Shown: one piece after another, positions 43,215-52,943 of the stretch | Layout: each line of letters begins with the position of its first letter | How positions within the stretch are numbered: the first letter of the stretch is position 1 | Source of the DNA: a virus | Reading direction: 5' to 3' (one strand) | Virus record (IMG/VR): IMGVR_UViG_3300033145_000192 | Location: 32,001-96,000 of that record | DNA length: 64,000 nucleotides | Notes under the pieces: generated by a model | The model's input: the letters and a program-made list of their open reading frames with translations, nothing else | Told to the model about the DNA's origin: nothing | Databases searched by the model: none | Translations under genes and position numbers: made by a program

Positions 43215-44316
43215 GCTCTACCCTGTTGAAATATCTTCTCTTGCCATCAAGCCTCTTTACAAGGTTCTCGACAATGCGCTCCGAACTCTTACCATCTCCT
43301 AGAGTAAAATCTTCATTGAGCGTGCCAGTCAATGCTAGCTCCGTAGCTTCTTCAATCGCACTACTGTATGGGCTACTCATAAACGTGATGCCAGACTTAA
43401 ATGTCTCTGGCCTTTCTGTTGCTTCTCTCGTTACAACACATGGAGTCCCAAGTAGCGCCGAAACCTCCTGGTTGGTTCCGCTGTCAGTATACTCAATCAT
43501 CGCATTGGCCTCAAGGCGAATGAAATCGAAAAATCCCAATGGAGGCATTGTGTGGAAGTGTTGCGGATACTTGATTCCTAGCTTCTTCAGTCTCGGCATC
43601 TCAATGAGTATTACCGGAATTCCAAGTTTCTTGGTTGTCTCTCCTACAGTTCGGATAATTCCCTCTGCCATTCCCTTTATCTCTACGTGCTCATTCCTAT
43701 GCAACGTCATCAACGCATACTCGCCAGGTTTGCATGGAAGTGGCGCAATTCCCTTGTGCATCCAATCCAATTTATCTCGGTGTTCATTCACCACATCGAC
43801 AATTACATTTCCAACAACCTCAATCCTAGTTGGCTCAACGCCTTCTCTTACTAGGTTAATCTTGTAGTCATGCTGATACACATACAGGATATCACTTACT
43901 CTATCAATCAAAACTCTGTTGCGCTCCTCTGGCATCTTCCAGTTAAAAGAACGCATACCTGCTTCGATGTGTGCGATAGGAATACCCATCTTTAGCGGAG
44001 CTACGCATCCAATAGTGGCGTTCGCATCTCCTAGGAACAAACAAACGTCTGGTTGAAGCTTCTCAAGCTCTTGCCCCAATTGCATAATCAATTGGCTATG
44101 CTGCCCAAAATGACTATCGGCCCTAGTTTGCAACTGAATGTCTGGGCGTGGCACGCCTAACTCATCAAAGAAGATGTCACTCAGATTATGGTCATAGTGC
44201 TGACCTGTATGTAGGAATGTAGCCTCTACGTTTGGATGCTCCTTAAGCAACCTCAAAACAATTGATGTCCTAATGAAATCTGGGCGGATGCCCAGAACTA
44301 CTGCAACCTTGTGCAT
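43096..44316 (-). CDS. wecB: UDP-N-acetylglucosamine 2-epimerase (non-hydrolysing)
   Basis: LGIRPDFI, HTGQHYD, LGDAN, HIEAGMRS, PEERNR, TLHR, TDSG, ERPE. Confidence 0.93.
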   Translation of the reverse strand: MHKVAVVLGIRPDFIRTSIVLRLLKEHPNVEATFLHTGQHYDHNLSDIFFDELGVPRPDIQLQTRADSHFGQHSQLIMQLGQELEKLQPDVCLFLGDANATIGCVAPLKMGIPIAHIEAGMRSFNWKMPEERNRVLIDRVSDILYVYQHDYKINLVREGVEPTRIEVVGNVIVDVVNEHRDKLDWMHKGIAPLPCKPGEYALMTLHRNEHVEIKGMAEGIIRTVGETTKKLGIPVILIEMPRLKKLGIKYPQHFHTMPPLGFFDFIRLEANAMIEYTDSGTNQEVSALLGTPCVVTREATERPETFKSGITFMSSPYSSAIEEATELALTGTLNEDFTLGDGKSSERIVENLVKRLDGKRRYFNRVELGSSIPILDPFILEHFNVVRPGRSKENPYALSDIREMLG

Positions 44317-44323
44317 TTAACCC

Positions 44324-45172
44324 TCAAATTCGGCGCATATCCCGTTCGTATTCCGCCATCTCTTCTATCATTCCTGCGAAGTCTTGCGGAATAACCAAAT
44401 CATTCAATCCTCTCTCCGTCCTTAGAGAGCGGTTGATACCAATGTCTGTTTCGTGCGGATTTACCTTAATTTCGAACCCGAACTGCCTAATGATTTCTGA
44501 TACCAACTCAAACTTGGTAACATCAGAAGAGAATACGTGAAATAGGCTAGGCTCATACAAGTCTTCAAATATGATGTCATAAATGATGCGCCCCAACTCA
44601 AGTGTCGTCACTCCGTTCCAAACGTGGTTCGTGAACCCGTTTATCTCTTTTCCATCTTGGCTTCTCAGCCACTCCAATAGGCTCCGACTTCTGCCGCCAA
44701 ACTCCGGACCAATGATGCTTGTCCGCAACACCATGCAGTCATCTGGTTCACCCAAACTCTTGGACTTGCCATACGAATCTAATGCATTGTGCTTGTCGGT
44801 TTCCTTGTATTCACCCCTCCAGCCGTCATAGACGCAATCTGTCGTAATGTGAACAATTCTCGTATTTGTTAGTGTTCCCCACGTTGATAGTTGACGCGGG
44901 AAGATAGCATTTGTATAGATAGCATTCGCCACATCCGTAGGATTCGCAAACATTGGCTTAATCGCACCAATGCAGTTGATGACATAATCAACTCTGAACC
45001 CTAGTAGCGTCGAAAGCTTAGTTCCTATCTGATTGAGTGTCCTTGGCTCAATAACCAACGCCTCTCTTCCGTAGGCATTGATATCCATGTAAGTCCCCAC
45101 GGACTTTGACTTGAGCGTATGTTCTACCATATGCCCAAGCATTCCAGTTCGACCCAATATCGCTATCTTCAT
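44324..45172 (-). CDS. dTDP-4-dehydrorhamnose reductase-like SDR
   Basis: LGRTGMLG, INCIG, HITTDCVYDG, YGKSKSLGE, LRTSIIG. Confidence 0.85.
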   Translation of the reverse strand: MKIAILGRTGMLGHMVEHTLKSKSVGTYMDINAYGREALVIEPRTLNQIGTKLSTLLGFRVDYVINCIGAIKPMFANPTDVANAIYTNAIFPRQLSTWGTLTNTRIVHITTDCVYDGWRGEYKETDKHNALDSYGKSKSLGEPDDCMVLRTSIIGPEFGGRSRSLLEWLRSQDGKEINGFTNHVWNGVTTLELGRIIYDIIFEDLYEPSLFHVFSSDVTKFELVSEIIRQFGFEIKVNPHETDIGINRSLRTERGLNDLVIPQDFAGMIEEMAEYERDMRRI

Positions 45173-45618
45173 CTGTTTTCCACACCAAAGATGATGTTGA
45201 TGTCTTCGTCTGAGACTTTCATTCTGTGGTCGTCCTTCTTCACTTCTTCGAAGCTAAGAGTAGAATAAACGAGCATTCTGGTATCTTCCTCAAGCGTTAC
45301 GGTTCCGTTATACCAACCTGGTGGAATCCAAATAATGCCTGGCTTCCTATCGCTTAGTGTCGCTACTGTAACCTCGGCTGGATTGTCCATCCTTCTGGCT
45401 GCAATCTTGGCTGTCCCCTTAATCACATGGATACCAGTCCAGCCCTTTTTGTGTCCGTGCCATGCACGAATCAGTCCAGAATTCCAATTCTGGATTACGT
45501 AAGTTCTGCTGATATCAAACTGTATCTCGTGGTTTCCGATGTTGTCTACTGGACAGTAAACACTACCTCTATCATCAACATACAATGGAAAGTATACGAC
45601 TTCTGGCTGCCTATCCAC
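45169..45618 (-). CDS. dTDP-sugar 3,5-epimerase / WxcM-like cupin
   Basis: DDRGSV, IRAWHGH, WIPPGWYNG. Confidence 0.8.
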   Translation of the reverse strand: MDRQPEVVYFPLYVDDRGSVYCPVDNIGNHEIQFDISRTYVIQNWNSGLIRAWHGHKKGWTGIHVIKGTAKIAARRMDNPAEVTVATLSDRKPGIIWIPPGWYNGTVTLEEDTRMLVYSTLSFEEVKKDDHRMKVSDEDINIIFGVENR

Positions 45619-46573
45619 TCATCACCTCTCCTACATATTGTGCGTTGTGGAATCTCTTGTCCCACACGTCAGCTATTCTGCCCTCATTCATGACCTTAAT
45701 CATTTCAGAGACTCCAGTATGCACTGATATGCCTGCGATAAATCCACTATTCTTCGCCTTGGCATTGTCAACTCTATAGTTTCTCAAGTCCTCAAACTTC
45801 ATATCAGTTCTGGTAATGTCACCCTTACCGGCACACAGAATGATACGTTCTGCTAGGTCAATGATTCTCATGTTCGACCTTGAAAGCACCCATGTTCCAT
45901 TGTCGGGCAACACTGCTGCTTGCGCGAATATCTGGCCAGCATCACGGACATGAAGGAGCGGCCTCCATTGCTCTCCACCGAATACAGTCAACGGCTTACC
46001 TTGCATTACCCTATATGTAAGGATGTTCGCCACAAGGTCGCACCTAATCCTGGCATGCTCGGTGCTCAGACCAAATAGAGTGCCCAGGCGGAAAATCGCG
46101 TGAGATGGAACCTTGCTTACTGCGGCCTCAGCATTTAGCTTTGTCCCTGCATACAAACTAAGAGGATTGGTGGCACTCTCTTCGTCTAAGAGGTCATTGT
46201 TAGCTCCGTAGACGCTGCACGTTGAGGCAAATATCATTCGCACACCGAACTTGGTGCAGAGGTGAGCAATCCTATTGGTTGCCAATTCATTTACATCGAC
46301 CGTGAATGCCTGATTTACCTGACATGCGCCATCGCCAACGATTCCAGCCAAGTGAACTAGTGAGTCGTAATTCTCACTTTTCATACAAAGACGCATGAAG
46401 GTATAGTCAGTGATATCGCCACGAATGAATTTAACACCACGACGCATATACATTCCGCCATACATGAGGTTGTCCAAGACTGTGACCTCGTGACCATCAT
46501 TGACTAGATGTTCAGCAACACAATCTCCAATATATCCCGCCCCACCCGTTATGAGTATCTTAGCCATCTCCAC
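45611..46573 (-). CDS. NAD-dependent epimerase/dehydratase
   Basis: TGGAGYIG, HLAGIVGD, FASTCSVYG, YAGTK, RPLLHVRD. Confidence 0.9.
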   Translation of the reverse strand: MEMAKILITGGAGYIGDCVAEHLVNDGHEVTVLDNLMYGGMYMRRGVKFIRGDITDYTFMRLCMKSENYDSLVHLAGIVGDGACQVNQAFTVDVNELATNRIAHLCTKFGVRMIFASTCSVYGANNDLLDEESATNPLSLYAGTKLNAEAAVSKVPSHAIFRLGTLFGLSTEHARIRCDLVANILTYRVMQGKPLTVFGGEQWRPLLHVRDAGQIFAQAAVLPDNGTWVLSRSNMRIIDLAERIILCAGKGDITRTDMKFEDLRNYRVDNAKAKNSGFIAGISVHTGVSEMIKVMNEGRIADVWDKRFHNAQYVGEVMSG

Positions 46574-46731
46574 CCGCCTTTATGTGTCGTAGAAAGTAAA
46601 GCGTCTTCCTTGTTGGATAACAGTTCGAAAGTGCCTTCTTGTCAAGGGGTAAACTTATTACACAAACAGGTCCACCACAATAGCAGACCTGTTCGCTTAA
46701 AGGCATTATCTCTTTACAATCAGCACACTCT

Positions 46732-47604
46732 CTAGCCCAAAAGGTGCTTTCTGAAGAACCATGCACAAATCAAAACTCCTAGTATCTCAAAAACCATAAG
46801 TGGATAGTATGGATTGATGTTAATTGGCTCACTTTGCTCTTCATAGATAAAGGCGAGTCCTCTTTCATCCAAACATGCTTTAATGTCTGCTGCTGGCACA
46901 TACTCGCACCAGTTGGCCAAAGGAACGTCATTTCTGGTTCTCATGTGGAGCATCATCATTCCATTCTCCGTTGGAACCATTAGTCTGATGTTGCCGTGCA
47001 TCTGTCCAAGTCCAAGCCTCGTAACGATTCCAGCGAGTTCTTGGTCCTGACTCCAGATTCCACCTCCACTATTACCTCTCCATACGGCTAGTCCTGCCCT
47101 GGCTAGTCCACCAACATCTGAAGATGCTCGACCTTCTGAAATGTTTGGGTCCGACCCACTAGTGCATCCGATGGCAAATACTCTTTCACCAAACTCAACG
47201 TCTGTTAGATGAATGTCGCTCTCTGGTGGATTTGGAACTTCTAGGACTGCAATGTCGTTGCCAGCATACGTTCCACAAAATACAACGGAAGCGGACTGAA
47301 TGTCTGCCACAGAGCCAAAGAACTCTACATCAAGATTCTTCTCCTCTGGGTCTAGTCGCTCGTTCATGTTGATATCGACACAATGCGCTGCTGTTAGGAT
47401 GTATCCTGTATTAAGTGTTACGCCTGTCCCATAAATCGTTCCTTGTGGGTGTGTCATTGTAACGCGGCACGTTGAGTGATACGCGCCCCACACAGAATCC
47501 TTCACAGCAATGTTTGAGGGCTGTGGCCAGAAGATGACCATTGCGGCAATGAGCCATCCTACTAGAACGGTAAAGGCAGTAAGCAAAAGTGTCTTTCTCA
47601 TCAT
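46732..47604 (-). CDS. Trypsin-like serine protease with N- and C-terminal TM segments
   Basis: ILTAAHC, DIAVL, GNSGG catalytic triad. Confidence 0.85.
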   Translation of the reverse strand: MMRKTLLLTAFTVLVGWLIAAMVIFWPQPSNIAVKDSVWGAYHSTCRVTMTHPQGTIYGTGVTLNTGYILTAAHCVDINMNERLDPEEKNLDVEFFGSVADIQSASVVFCGTYAGNDIAVLEVPNPPESDIHLTDVEFGERVFAIGCTSGSDPNISEGRASSDVGGLARAGLAVWRGNSGGGIWSQDQELAGIVTRLGLGQMHGNIRLMVPTENGMMMLHMRTRNDVPLANWCEYVPAADIKACLDERGLAFIYEEQSEPININPYYPLMVFEILGVLICAWFFRKHLLG

Positions 47605-47605
47605 T

Positions 47606-48346
47606 TCAAACCTTACTAGCTATGGGTAGCTTAAAAACATCGTTGGCTGAATGTAGTGGCAAAGGATAATTAAACCAATCTTGTCTTGACCTCATTACAC
47701 TTAGGCCACGCTCATTGATTAGTCTATCCAGCTTCCATCCATCTTGGCCATGCTTCTTGTATAGCTGATACTTATACAGAATGTCCTCGTCTGAGGCAAA
47801 TCCATAATGAAGTAACTGTAGCTTAGTAAAGCCCTCATTGTCTGTCATACCAATAGGATAATTCGTAAGGTGAAGTCCCTTTTGGACCTTAAACTTCAAT
47901 CCTTCCGGCGGAATACGCCAAAGTCTGTTAAAGACTACATCGTTGTATGAGTTGTCCAGTCTATAGAAACACGGAGAACGCCAAAGGTTGACGGTATGAA
48001 ATGCCCAAGAGTCGAATTCTGCGGTTTCGCACAACTCTCTAACACCTCCGTCTTCACCAGCCTTCTCAACTACCTCATCACAATCAATACGCCAAACCCA
48101 ATCCGCACCCATGTCACGAATCATATCAAGCTGCATCTGCTTGTGTTCTAGTTCATTGGCAAAATCGTTTACTTCTCCCGAGATGACTTCTGCGCCAAAC
48201 TCACGATACACGTCAACAGACTTATCTGTAGAACAATCGTCATAAACACATATGTCATCACAATATCGACTTACGCTTCGTAAACATCTATAGAGGTTTC
48301 CTTGTTCAAGCTCATTGAATGCCTGTATCATTGCTACAATTTTCAT
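47606..48346 (-). CDS. GT2-like glycosyltransferase
   Basis: VYDDCSTD, RIDCDE, LLHYGF. Confidence 0.85.
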   Translation of the reverse strand: MKIVAMIQAFNELEQGNLYRCLRSVSRYCDDICVYDDCSTDKSVDVYREFGAEVISGEVNDFANELEHKQMQLDMIRDMGADWVWRIDCDEVVEKAGEDGGVRELCETAEFDSWAFHTVNLWRSPCFYRLDNSYNDVVFNRLWRIPPEGLKFKVQKGLHLTNYPIGMTDNEGFTKLQLLHYGFASDEDILYKYQLYKKHGQDGWKLDRLINERGLSVMRSRQDWFNYPLPLHSANDVFKLPIASKV

Positions 48347-49130
48347 TAACTAACTCCACCAGCCTTTTATCATAAACCATGGTAGTGGGTCCATGTGGTC
48401 CAGCATCAAACCACACGGAGCTGATATCAGCCAGTCGCAATGATTCTTCGTCTATAAGACGAGCGAGTGCTCTACCTGATTGGCCATGTTTCCTGTAGTT
48501 GAAATACTTGTCTAGGATAAACGAATCCTTGACAAATCCATAGTGAATCACCTTTAGCTTTGCTGTGTCTCTACCAATTATACCCTTCGGAACCAAGTCT
48601 TGGTGCAATCCTTCTTGCGGCTTGTAGTGTAACTCCGAAGTTAGCCTCCAAAGTCTACAAAATAGACCCTTGTTCCACAGTTCATCCACGCGATAGTATC
48701 GGTCTGTCCTCCACAAGTTGACGTTGAACAGATTGTAGGCTCCACGCTTGGCAGCCTCACACAATTCACGAACGCGCCCCTTCTCGCCTCTAGCTTCGAT
48801 GACCTCATCTACATCGAGCCAGATTACCCAGTCTGTGCCGATTTCTCTGCATTTACTGAGAGCTTCCGCCTTGTGCTCCATTTCGTGCTTAAAATCATTC
48901 TTCTGTCCATGGATGACGTGAATTTCTTTCAGTCTAACACCACACATACTGAGACTTTTCTTACACATCTCAAGATATCCGACACTACCATCAGTCGAGC
49001 AGTCATCATACATAACAAGAGCATCACAGTATTTAGCGATGCTCCTTATGAAACGACTCAAATTGGTCTGCTTGTCCCACCCAGCTTTCGTGTGTTCGTT
49101 GAACATTTGGGCCATACATGTTAGTTTCAT
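48312..49130 (-). CDS. GT2-like glycosyltransferase (paralogue of the downstream gene)
   Basis: MYDDCSTD, WLDVDE, IHYGF. Confidence 0.85.
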   Translation of the reverse strand: MKLTCMAQMFNEHTKAGWDKQTNLSRFIRSIAKYCDALVMYDDCSTDGSVGYLEMCKKSLSMCGVRLKEIHVIHGQKNDFKHEMEHKAEALSKCREIGTDWVIWLDVDEVIEARGEKGRVRELCEAAKRGAYNLFNVNLWRTDRYYRVDELWNKGLFCRLWRLTSELHYKPQEGLHQDLVPKGIIGRDTAKLKVIHYGFVKDSFILDKYFNYRKHGQSGRALARLIDEESLRLADISSVWFDAGPHGPTTMVYDKRLVELVNENCSNDTGIQ

Positions 49131-50056
49131 CTAACCTCTTCCCCTCTTAGTCTTCCCACAATGGTTGCAAGTTTACGAGCATAGAACTCATAGGAAAGAA
49201 AGCCTACGCCAGCCCTGCGGCTGACCGATGGTGCCAGAATGGTATGTAGGATGCTTGCCAATTCATCCGTGGCGTTTGGCGGAAACAGATAGTCCACCGG
49301 AAGGTCTGCACCACACCAGCCGACATTTGCTGCGATGATAGGAATGCCCTTGGCATTTGCCTCAATCACGCTCATTGGGCCGCCCTCCCACAAGGAAGGA
49401 ATTAGGAGGTAGTCAATCTTGTCATACTCTTGGGCGTAGCCTTCTGGATATGACAGGTTTGTATCTCCAAGGTCAGTGACCTCCATGCCAAATGCTTCCA
49501 TCTTTTCAACGACCGGACCCCAGTCATTGCCTACAAAGTGCCACTTGAATGAGTCAAGTATCCACATATGTTTGTCAAGCATCTCTGACATGAAATGGAA
49601 TCCCTTACCCTCATACTTACCACGCTGGAAAATTCCGATAGTGGGCTTCTTCAAGTAGAAACCTTCTGGAATCTCACCAGGGTAAATGAGGTCCATCTTG
49701 GACTCCGGATAGAACTGCTTGAACACATCATAGTATCTAGTGCATTTGTGAACTATGAAATCAAGCTTGAGCCAATGTGGCTGAATGTGCTTTTGGTCAT
49801 TCTCATGTAGATGGGTAAAGTAGCCAATATCAAGAACTGAAGTGGGTCCGCGATAACAGTTCTGGATATCTACGTAGTAATTGGCTGCACAGTCTACCCT
49901 TGGGACATGGGACAATCTCCAGCGAATTCCTTCTTTGATTGTTCCATTATGCGGCTGTCTAGTGTGCAAGTCTTGCCTGTTCCCAGCCTCTACAATTCGT
50001 TCGGCTATCTTCTGAAGAATCCAGCCTGATGATACGGTTACGACATTTATGTGCAT
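49127..50056 (-). CDS. GT4 (GT-B) glycosyltransferase
   Basis: YLLIPSLWEGGPMSVIEA..GIPII..VG; start taken at MHINVV. Confidence 0.85.
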   Translation of the reverse strand: MHINVVTVSSGWILQKIAERIVEAGNRQDLHTRQPHNGTIKEGIRWRLSHVPRVDCAANYYVDIQNCYRGPTSVLDIGYFTHLHENDQKHIQPHWLKLDFIVHKCTRYYDVFKQFYPESKMDLIYPGEIPEGFYLKKPTIGIFQRGKYEGKGFHFMSEMLDKHMWILDSFKWHFVGNDWGPVVEKMEAFGMEVTDLGDTNLSYPEGYAQEYDKIDYLLIPSLWEGGPMSVIEANAKGIPIIAANVGWCGADLPVDYLFPPNATDELASILHTILAPSVSRRAGVGFLSYEFYARKLATIVGRLRGEEVR

Positions 50057-50072
50057 GATAACCCCGTGTGAG

Positions 50073-50804
50073 CTAGTCGTTTCCAAAAAGCTCTTTTGCA
50101 AGAGCCTTACAATCATCAGCAGCGGACTTTTCTTCTGCCGCCCTGTTTCCAGTAATTTGACCACCATGAACTCTGAATGCTGACAGTATGGAGCCATTGA
50201 CCACAGCAAATTGGGTGTGCTGTGCTGCTCTCACTGTCCAATGGAAGTCTTCACAAATTCTATCCCAGTATGGTCCAGTCTTGTCCCATAGCGCCTTTGT
50301 ATACAAAAACGCCATCCCGACATCGTATCCTTCTATAAGGTCTTTGCCAGTCTGTGGTTGAGCATGTAGAACATCTCGCAGCTTCATGCCATCTTCGCGC
50401 ATGAAACAGAAGTCGCCATAAACAAGCTCAATTGACTCCTCAGCCTTAATCTCAAGCGTTTTCATTGCGTCTACTAGAGTGAGAAGGAAGTGCGGGAAAT
50501 AGATGTTGTCGTCGGAAACCCATGTGCAGTATTTACCGCGTGCTCTTTCGTGACCATGGTTTAGCGCACTGCCAGTGCCACCGTTCTCCTTCTTGTAGTA
50601 GCGCAAGTTGCGGAAAAATGAGAAATGGTCTACGACCTTCTTGGTGTTGTCGGTGCTACCATCATCCACGACAATGATTTCAAAATCGCGGAATGTCTGC
50701 GTGACAAGGCTATTGAGTCCCTGGGCTAAGAACTTCTCTCCATTATACACTGGTAGCACTATGCTGATAAGCGGCTCTTTACTATCTAGTTCTATTGTCT
50801 TCAT
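50073..50804 (-). CDS. GT2 glycosyltransferase
   Basis: SIVLPVYNG, VVDDGSTD, NGGTGSALN, WVSDD, EDF. Confidence 0.92.
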   Translation of the reverse strand: MKTIELDSKEPLISIVLPVYNGEKFLAQGLNSLVTQTFRDFEIIVVDDGSTDNTKKVVDHFSFFRNLRYYKKENGGTGSALNHGHERARGKYCTWVSDDNIYFPHFLLTLVDAMKTLEIKAEESIELVYGDFCFMREDGMKLRDVLHAQPQTGKDLIEGYDVGMAFLYTKALWDKTGPYWDRICEDFHWTVRAAQHTQFAVVNGSILSAFRVHGGQITGNRAAEEKSAADDCKALAKELFGND

Positions 50805-50805
50805 A

Positions 50806-51864
50806 TCACACCTTAATCACATTGATGAATGGTTTCATTCTTTGCCATGGCCCCATCATAAATAGCACGATAGTTGGTAGTGCCTCTTCGGCATACACAA
50901 AGTCCGTCTTCCAGTCGGCAAACTCCTTGTCCTCATATGTTTCCTCATACTCATCATAAATGGGTAAGCCCTCAACCGGCATGGGATGCAGCCCTGGATA
51001 GGAAAGGATTGTATTGCGCTCCTCTGTGTGCTCCATGAACTCTACGAACTTTTCATCAAACTTATCAGATGCGTTTGTTCCATCTTCCAGGTCAAACTTT
51101 CCAAGCTCTGACTTGTAGAAATCTCTCTTCATCTCATGGAACTTCTTGCCCTTAGCGTGTCCATAATGATAGATGTATAGGTCTACCATTGTGAATCGCT
51201 TTGGCTGATAGCTAGCATCGAAATACGTGCATCTACCATCTGGAGCAGTTACCACTGGATGCGTGTGGTATCTCATGCCTGGCTGGTAACGAATGATTCT
51301 CTGGTGTTGAGGTTGCCATTCTGGATGTGGGGCCTTTACGTGCCTAATGTCTCTGTAGAAATGAAGAAACGTAGGAATAATCTCAGATGCATCGGGACGC
51401 GACTTAATGGCCTCGCGGACCCTATCAATCTCCCCTTCGTGATAGAACTCATCGCAGTCAACAATGAATAGCCATTCGCCTTCCTTTGAGTGGTCTATGA
51501 ACGTCTGCTTTTGTTCTTCAAGGCTCTTAAAGAATCTCTTCGCCTGGAATAGTTCGATTTTGTTATCTGGGTCTGGAAACGCTCGTATGATATCGAGTGT
51601 TCTGTCCGTAGAATGACCTTGCACTGTGCTATCCGGACGGCCCTCAACAGCCCCTTCGACAACTCGGATAATATCAAACTCATCGTAGTTATTCCTTAGA
51701 TTGGCTTCAATCCAACCCTCCTCATTGTGTGCGGCAAGACACTTGACAAGCACTGGTTCATACTTTGGCACATTGACTGTGCTAAGTATCTGTGTCATTT
51801 GCTTTACTGGAACTTGAGGCATGTTCATAGCGCCTCCTCGATTTTCTTCACTGTATTGGCCCAC
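50806..51864 (-). CDS. GT2-like glycosyltransferase
   Basis: AAHNEE, STDRT, IVDCDEF, IYHYG. Confidence 0.8.
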   Translation of the reverse strand: MGQYSEENRGGAMNMPQVPVKQMTQILSTVNVPKYEPVLVKCLAAHNEEGWIEANLRNNYDEFDIIRVVEGAVEGRPDSTVQGHSTDRTLDIIRAFPDPDNKIELFQAKRFFKSLEEQKQTFIDHSKEGEWLFIVDCDEFYHEGEIDRVREAIKSRPDASEIIPTFLHFYRDIRHVKAPHPEWQPQHQRIIRYQPGMRYHTHPVVTAPDGRCTYFDASYQPKRFTMVDLYIYHYGHAKGKKFHEMKRDFYKSELGKFDLEDGTNASDKFDEKFVEFMEHTEERNTILSYPGLHPMPVEGLPIYDEYEETYEDKEFADWKTDFVYAEEALPTIVLFMMGPWQRMKPFINVIKV

Positions 51865-52943
51865 GTAAATTCATTCACAGTATCATTCAAGCCTGGGAAT
51901 CCCATTGCAACTTCGTGGTCTTGCTTAATCTTGTGCGCTCTGCGCATTTGATGGACTAGTTCGTCTACACTGAACTTGCACCAGTTTCCATTACCGTGGA
52001 ACCAAATACCGTCTTGTGCGGATTCCATGCCGTCAGGCTCCACAAGGAGTGAGTTTGCATCATTCAAGAATTCCGTATGGCCACTGTAGTTGGTCGCAAT
52101 ACTAGGCACACCACACGCCATCAACTCTAGAATTTCTAGGTTCCAACCTTCGGCATGAGATGGGAAGACACCAAAGTCTACCTGGTTGAATAGCACCCTC
52201 AATTCCGCTTGCGTGTTCATCCTAGATAGAATCTTGATTTTGCTACCCATCTTAGAAGAGATATACTTCCTCTTCCATTCCTCATTGCCACCAGATGAAC
52301 GCAAGAACGGATTGTCATTCAACATCCATAGCTCTACGTCGTCATCAGGCTCAAATGCCATGTTGAAAGCCTTAAGCAATTCCTCGTGACCCTTTCTCTT
52401 TTCCCACTTTCCAATGTTGATGAAGATTGTAGACTCATGAGTCCAGTATGGACGATGCTTACGAGCTTCTTCGTCACGATAGAAAATCGTTGGGTCAACT
52501 CCTAGAGGGATAACATGGACGGGAATATCGAATTGTAGCGCAGGAGGCGGCGAAGACTGAACAACATCCCTTGCCCATTGCGAGCATACGAAGATGGCAT
52601 TCAAATTCTGAAGGTGATGAAGCTCAATTTCATTGAAAGTATCAAGCTCGAAAATTGGCCAACCGATTCTCTTGCCTGCGCCTGGGAACATATCAAGTTG
52701 GTTCTGGTGCCAGATGCGAATAGATGGAGCCTCCACATTATACGTCCTGGCATTCTTGATGGTTTCATCAATGATTTTCTGGGCGTGTGGGTCTCCACTC
52801 CATTCTGGCTTACCAATCGGCCAATAAGACACAGAGTGTCCAGCGTTGTATAGATGCTTGAGCGTATTGTATCCAACAACTCCATATCCCAATGGATTGG
52901 TAGGCGCTACAAGATTAACGAACATCAGTTCACCTTCTTCCAT
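51825..52943 (-). CDS. GT4 glycosyltransferase
   Basis: NIGKWEKRKG, FPSHAEGWNLEILELMACG..IATNYSGHTEF. Confidence 0.9.
   Translation of the reverse strand: MEEGELMFVNLVAPTNPLGYGVVGYNTLKHLYNAGHSVSYWPIGKPEWSGDPHAQKIIDETIKNARTYNVEAPSIRIWHQNQLDMFPGAGKRIGWPIFELDTFNEIELHHLQNLNAIFVCSQWARDVVQSSPPPALQFDIPVHVIPLGVDPTIFYRDEEARKHRPYWTHESTIFINIGKWEKRKGHEELLKAFNMAFEPDDDVELWMLNDNPFLRSSGGNEEWKRKYISSKMGSKIKILSRMNTQAELRVLFNQVDFGVFPSHAEGWNLEILELMACGVPSIATNYSGHTEFLNDANSLLVEPDGMESAQDGIWFHGNGNWCKFSVDELVHQMRRAHKIKQDHEVAMGFPGLNDTVNEFTWANTVKKIEEAL

Noticed and set aside
28817-43867. Long + strand ORFs in the glycan cluster (28817-29440, 31409-31993, 43166-43867)
   Set aside because: Shadow frames fully opposite well-supported minus-strand enzymes, with no motifs or RBS
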